64,000 bases of DNA. Origin: the human T2T-CHM13v2.0 reference genome, Homo sapiens. The position numbers were made by a program, and so were the translations under genes. Location: assembly GCF_009914755.1 (NCBI RefSeq), contig NC_060942.1; one strand, written 5' to 3'. The notes under the pieces were generated by a model. That model made no database searches, was not told the DNA's origin, and worked only from the letters and a program-made list of their open reading frames with translations. Positions 52,913 to 64,000 of the stretch are shown here, piece by piece (the stretch's first letter is position 1; each line of letters opens with the position of its first letter).

Positions 52913-53040
52913 TTTCCCAGTAATTTGACTGCATCACAGAACAAGTCTCAGAAACATTTAAAAGAATATAGAGCAGTAAATCTAGCACCCAACAACATGA
53001 AAATGACAATGTTTGTAATGGGATCAAAAATTAAGGACCT

Positions 53041-53760
53041 CCCCCGCCTGGCCAGCCACCCCATCCGGGAGGGAGGTGGGGGGTCAGCCCCCGCCCGGCC
53101 AGCTGCCCCGTCCGGGAGGGAGGTGGGGGGTGCCTCCGCCCAGCCGCCGCCCCGTCCGGGAGGTGGGGGGTGCCTCTGCCCGGCCGCCCCTTCTGGGAAG
53201 TGAGGAGCCCCTCTGCCCGGCTGCCACCCCGTCTGGGAGGTGTACCCAACAGCTCATTGAGAACGGGCCATGATGATGATGGCGGTTTTGTCCAATAGAA
53301 AAGGGGGAAATGTGGGGAAAAGAAAGAGAGATCAGATTGTACTGTGTCTGTGTAGAAAGAAGTAGACATGGGAGACTCCATTTTGTTCTGTACTAAGAAA
53401 AATTCTTCTGCCTTGGGATGCTGTTGATCTATGACCTTACCCCCAACCCTGTGCTCTCTGAAACATGTGCTGTGTCCACTAAGGGTTAAATGGATTAAGG
53501 GCGGTGCAAGATGTGCTTTGTTAAACAGATGCTTGAAGGCAGCATGCTCGTTAAGAGTCATCACCACTCCCTAATCTCAAGTACCCAGGGACACAAACAC
53601 TGCGGAAGGCCGCAGGGTCCTCTGCCTAGGAAAACCAGAGACCTTTGTTCACTTGTTTATCTGCTGACCTTCCCTCCACTATTGTCCTATGACCCTGCCA
53701 AATCCCCCTCTCCGAGAAACACCCAAGAATGATCAACAAAAAAAAAAAAGAAAGAAAAGA
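53041..53760 (+). mobile_element. 5'-truncated SVA (partial VNTR, SINE-R, A-rich tail), SVA_B-or-younger type
   Basis: VNTR units to ~53242, SINE-R to ~53740; junction cccaacagctcattgagaac. Confidence 0.95.
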
Positions 53761-53843
53761 AGCAGAGTTGGACTCAGCGGGAAAATAGGCGTGCTACCAC
53801 CTCAGGATAGTTCCAGGGAAGAACCCCACCCCAACTCCAATGA

Positions 53844-54932
<1,089 letters not shown>

Positions 54933-54973
54933 GATAGAACTTGGGAGCCTGGGGGTTGGGAGGGACAGGGATA

Positions 54974-55017
54974 AATAAAGGCAAAGACTGAAGACAAAAA
55001 AAAAAAAAAAAAAAAAA
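54974..55017 (+). terminator. Poly-A signal and genomic poly-A tail of the transduced transcript
   Basis: AATAAA 54974-54979; A-run 54996-55017; followed by the right TSD. Confidence 0.93.
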
Positions 55018-55671
55018 TTAAGGACCTAACCATTCAGAGGAAAAAAATGACCCGTCATGAAAATAAAAATCAATCAACAGAAGCAGACATAGAAATGATG
55101 TATTAGTGACTAGAAAAGGAGATTAAAACAGTTAGTATAAATATGCACCACATGTTCAAAATAGTAAAGCATCCACAAAATTAGAAATATAAGAGATATA
55201 AAAATGACTCAACTCAAATTTCTAGAGATGAAAAAGACAATGTCTAAGATTAAAATACACTGGATAGCAAATAACAACTTGGATGAATCTCCAGGGAATT
55301 ATGCTTGCGGGGAGAAACAGTCCCAAAACTTTACGGTATAATTCTATTGACAAAACATTTTGAAATGGCAAAATTTCAGGAATGGAGAACAGATCAGTGG
55401 TTGTCAGGACTTAGAGATGAAAGAGGTGGTAGAGGGGCAAGAGAGAGGTGGCTGCAATTATAAGAGGACAGTACAAAGGGGACTTGTAGTGTTAGAACTG
55501 TTCAGTATTACAACTATGGTGGTGAATACATGAACCTGCACAGGTGATCAAATTGTATGCAACGTAATAGACACAGATAGAGACACCTACACACAGGGTG
55601 CAAGTAACACCAGGAATCTCTGGATAACATTGGTACATTGTATCAATGTCAGTATCCTGGTTGTGATATTA

Positions 55672-55980
55672 CAGTCAACCCCCTGTAGCCTGAGGTTCTG
55701 CACCTACTGATTCAAACAACTACAGATGGAAAATATTTGAAGAATAAAGCAATAAAAAATAATATAATCAAAAACCAATACAGCATAACAGCTGCCATAC
55801 ATAGCCTTGACATTACATTAGGTATTAAAAGTAATCTAGAGATGATTTAAAGTATACAGGAGGATGTGGGTAGGTTATATGCAAATACTATGCCATTTTA
55901 TATCAGGGACTTGAGCATCCATGGATTTTGGTATCTGCGAGGGTCCTGGAACTAATCCTGCTTGGATACTGAGGGATGTC
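55672..55980. mobile_element. MER2-like DNA transposon
   Basis: cagtcaacccc...gacttgagcatccatggattttggtatctgc...ggatactgagggatg. Confidence 0.8.
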
Positions 55981-56076
55981 CCTATAGTACAACTTAGCAA
56001 AATGTTACCATTGATGAAAACTGGGCAAAGCATACAAATGATCTGTATTATCTCTAACAATAACATATAAATCTAG

Positions 56077-56515
<439 letters not shown>

Positions 56516-56964
56516 TCATGAAAACTATTAACCCAGAGATCTAAGAAGCTCAATGATGTCTCACACCCCTATGGGTCTTTTCAATGAAAACACAATGCCA
56601 TATTGGCATGAAGGTAAATCTATAGATCAATGAAATGTAAAAAAGACTCTGGAAATAGAAAATTGGAGGCAAAGTAATGTGGAAAAGAATAATCTTTCCA
56701 ATCAATGCTGGATTGATAGAAAAGCTGTATGCAAAAATAAATGAATAACTCTCAACCCTTACACTTCACACCATACACAAAAATTAACTTAGAATGGATA
56801 AAGGATCTAAAGGTAAAACTAAAAACTGTAGAACTTCTGGAAGAAAATAAATTCTTAGTAACCTGTAAATAGCATGGGTTTCCTAAACAGAGTATCAAAA
56901 GTTGGAACTACTACAGAAACAGAATTATAGACTTCATTACAGTTAAGATCTTTTCATCTGCAAA

Positions 56965-57317
56965 ATACATTGTCTCTCCTCTCTGTCTCTATGGACATGC
57001 CTATCTGGATATTTCCTATAATAGGAATAACAGCGTGTGACCTTTTATGACTGGCTTCTTTCATGTAACATAAAGTTTTCAAGTTCATCCATGTTGCAGC
57101 CTGCATCAGTGCTTCATTTCTTTTCATGGCCAAATAATATTCCACTGCATGCATACACTACATTTTATTTATTCATTCATCTTGATAGACATTTAGACTG
57201 TTTCCACTTTTTGCCTGTTGTGGATAATGCTTCCATGAATATTCATGTACAAGTGCCTGTGTGCACCTATGTTTTCAATTCTCTTGGATTTATGTCTAGA
57301 AGTGGAATTGCTGGGTG
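56965..57317 (-). mobile_element. Old L1 3' fragment
   Basis: tgactggcttctttcatgtaacata...agtggaattgctgggt; ends abruptly. Confidence 0.8.
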
Positions 57318-57449
57318 TGAACACCATTTCAAATATTGCTGAAATATTGTATTCACTGATTTATGTAATAGCTATTGCTGTGAAAAGATTAAAGCAAAAA
57401 GTGGAAGCTGGCTTTAAAAAAAAAAAAAAAGAAAGAAAATGAAAAGACC

Positions 57450-59140
57450 AGCCAACACCTCTGCACGGCTGCCCAGTCTGGGATGTGAGGAGCGCCTCTG
57501 CCCGGCCAACCCATCTGGGAGGTGAGGAGCGCCTCTGCCCGGCCACCCCGTCTGGGATGTGAGGAGCGTCTCTGCCCAGCCGCCCATTGTCTGGGAGGTG
57601 AGGAGCACCTCTGCCCGGCCACCCATTGTCTGGTTGGTGAGGAGCGCCTCTGCCCAGCCGCCACCCCGTCTGGGAGGTGAGGATAGCCTCTGCCTGGCCG
57701 CCCATCGTCTGGTAGGTGAGGAGCACCTCTGCCCGGCCGCCACCCCATCTAGGAAGTGAGGAGCGTCTCTGCCTGGCCGCCCATTGTCTGGGAGGTGAGG
57801 AGCGCCTCTGCCTGGCCGCCACCCCATCTGGGAGGTGAGGAGCGCCTCTGCCCAGCCGCCACCCTGTCTGGGAGGTGAGGAGCGCCTCTGCCCGGCCGCC
57901 CATCGTCTGGGAGGTGAGGAGCGCCTCTGCCCGGCCACCCATCATCTGGTAGGTGAGGAGCGCCTCTGCCTGGCCGCCACCCCATCTAGGAAGTGAGGAG
58001 CGTCTCTGCCTGGCCGCCCATCGTCTGGGAGGTGAGGAGCACCTCTGCGAGGCCGCCACCCCATCTGGGAGGTGAGGAGCGCCTCTGCCCGGCCGCCACC
58101 CTGTCTGGGAGGTGAGGAGCGCCTCTGCCTGGCCGCCCATCATCTGGGAGGTGAGGAGCACCTCTGCCCGGCCACCCATCGTCTGGTAGGTGAGGAGCGC
58201 CTCTGCCCGGCCGCCACCCCATCTAGGAAGTGAGGAGCGTCTCTGCCTGGCTGCCCATCGTCTGGGAGGTGAGGAGCGCCTCTGCCCGGCCGCCCCATCT
58301 GGGATGTGAGGAGCGCCTCTGCCCAGCCGCCACCCCATCTGGGAGGTGACGAGCGCCTCTGCCGGGCCGCCACCCCGTCTGGGAGGTGAGGAGCACCTCT
58401 GCCCGGCCACCACCCTGTCTAGGAAGTGAGGAGCATCTCTGCCTGGCCGCCCATCGTCTGGGAGGTGAGGAGCGCCTCTGCCCGGCCACCCCATCTGGGA
58501 TGTGAGGAGCACCTCTGCCCGGCTGCCACCCCATCTGGGAAGCGAGGAGCACCTCAGCCCGGCCACCACCTCTTGTGGGAAGCGAGGAGCGCCTCACCCT
58601 GGCTGCCCCGTCTGGGAGGTGAGGAGCGCCTCTGCCCGGCCATCCCATCTGGGATGTGAGGAGCACCTGTGCCCAGCCACCCCGTCTGGGATGTGAGGAG
58701 CGCCTCTGCCTGGCTGCCCCGTCTGGGAGGTGAGGAGCACCTCTGCCCGGCCGCCCCGTCTGGGAGGTGAGGAGCGCCTCTGCCCGGCCACCCCGTCTGG
58801 GAGGTGTACCCAACAGCTCCGAAGAGACAGCGACCATCAAGAACAGGCCATGATGACGATGGTGGTTTTGTAGAAAAGAAAAGGAGGAAATGTGGAGAAA
58901 AGAAAGAGAGAACAGATTGTTACTGTGTCTGTGTAGAAAGAAGTAGACATAGGGGACTCCATTTTGTTCTGTACTAAGAAAAATTCTTCTGCCTTGGGAT
59001 GCTGTTGATCTATAACCTTACCCCCAACCCCATGCTCTCTGAAACATGTGCTGTGTCCACTCAGGGATAAATGGATTAAGGGCGGTGCAAGATGTGCTTT
59101 GTTAAACAGATGCTTGAAGGCAAAAAAAAAAAAAAAAAAA
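57450..59140 (+). mobile_element. SVA (SVA_A-like): long VNTR, truncated SINE-R, poly-A
   Basis: VNTR 57455-58806; SINE-R retains cgaagagacagcgacc; stops at gcttgaaggc followed by A-run 59122-59140. Confidence 0.92.
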
Positions 59141-59149
59141 GGGAGCAGG

Positions 59150-63480
<4,331 letters not shown>

Positions 63481-63670
63481 GTAATAATATTTTACATAAC
63501 CAACCACTTCTAAAGATTAAAAAAAACCCTACAATTAAAAACCTCAGGTCCCTCAGGCAATCATACCAGATATTGAAACAAAGCAATAACATAAGGACTG
63601 CAGTATTTATTTTATTTTTATATTATTTATTTATTCTTTGTTAGTTTGTTTTTGGAGTGTGGGTTTTGTT

Positions 63671-64000
63671 TTATTTTTTGATTTTTTTCTTTTTTTCGAC
63701 CCACGGATTTATTCTTGTTGCCCAGGCTTGAGTGCAATGGCGTGTTCTCAGCTTACTCAACCTCCGCCTCTTGGGTTTGGGTAATTGTTGTGTCTCGGCC
63801 TCCCTCTGCCTCTTGGGCTTGGGTGGTTGTTACACCTCATCCGCCCTCCACCTCTTGGGTTTCGGTGATTGTTCCACCTCATCCACACTCCACCTCTTGG
63901 GTTTGGGTGGTTTTTTTGCCTCGGCCTCCTGAGTAGCTAAGGGAGGAGTCTTGAGATTATCATCCACTGAGGGTGGAAGAGGAGAGGGTGGAAGAGGGGC
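63671..64000 (-). pseudogene. NPIPB1P: 3' end of NPIP-family terminal exon with premature stop
   Basis: Minus frame from 64000: APLPPSPLPPSVDDNLKTPPLATQEAEAKKPPKPKRWSVDEVEQSPKPKRWRADEV*QPPKPKRQREAETQQLPKPKRRRLSKLRTRHCTQAWATRINPW...; TAA at 63832-63830; AATAAA at 63713-63708. The symbol is inferred from locus context. Confidence 0.8.

Noticed and set aside
57455-58806. CRISPR-like 37-42 bp periodic array
   Set aside because: Standard SVA VNTR; no unique spacers.
57361-58840. 402-aa and 205-aa ORFs
   Set aside because: Stop-poor antisense readings of the SVA VNTR.

Overview
This is primate (human or great ape) genomic DNA, almost all interspersed repeats; no prokaryotic features, RNA genes or CRISPR arrays were found. 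The gene content points to the 18p11.21 SLC35G4 / NPIPB1P region (inferred from recalled gene neighbourhood, not mapped). Layout: (1) 1-23 kb is ordinary intergenic DNA with DNA transposons, MaLR LTRs, MIR, Alu and old L1. (2) ~23.8-36.5 kb is a decayed class I ERV (gag-pol-env-3'LTR) with nested inserts, including a syncytin-2-like (HERV-FRD/MER50) env TM plus LTR, solo LTRs and a piggyBac MITE. (3) ~41.5-57.4 kb is an old L1 field that has received several independent polyadenylated inserts of non-TE DNA. These include an L1 3' transduction and, ~100 bp away, an SVA 3' transduction carrying an intact 338-aa SLC35G (AMAC1-like) retrogene inside a 15-bp TSD. (4) A second, older-type SVA without a TSD (57.45-59.14 kb) precedes an Alu-dense, chromosome-16-like block with an isolated PLA2G10 exon and the Alu-derived 3' end of an NPIP pseudogene. 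Repeat family names are from recalled consensus sequences and need RepeatMasker confirmation.
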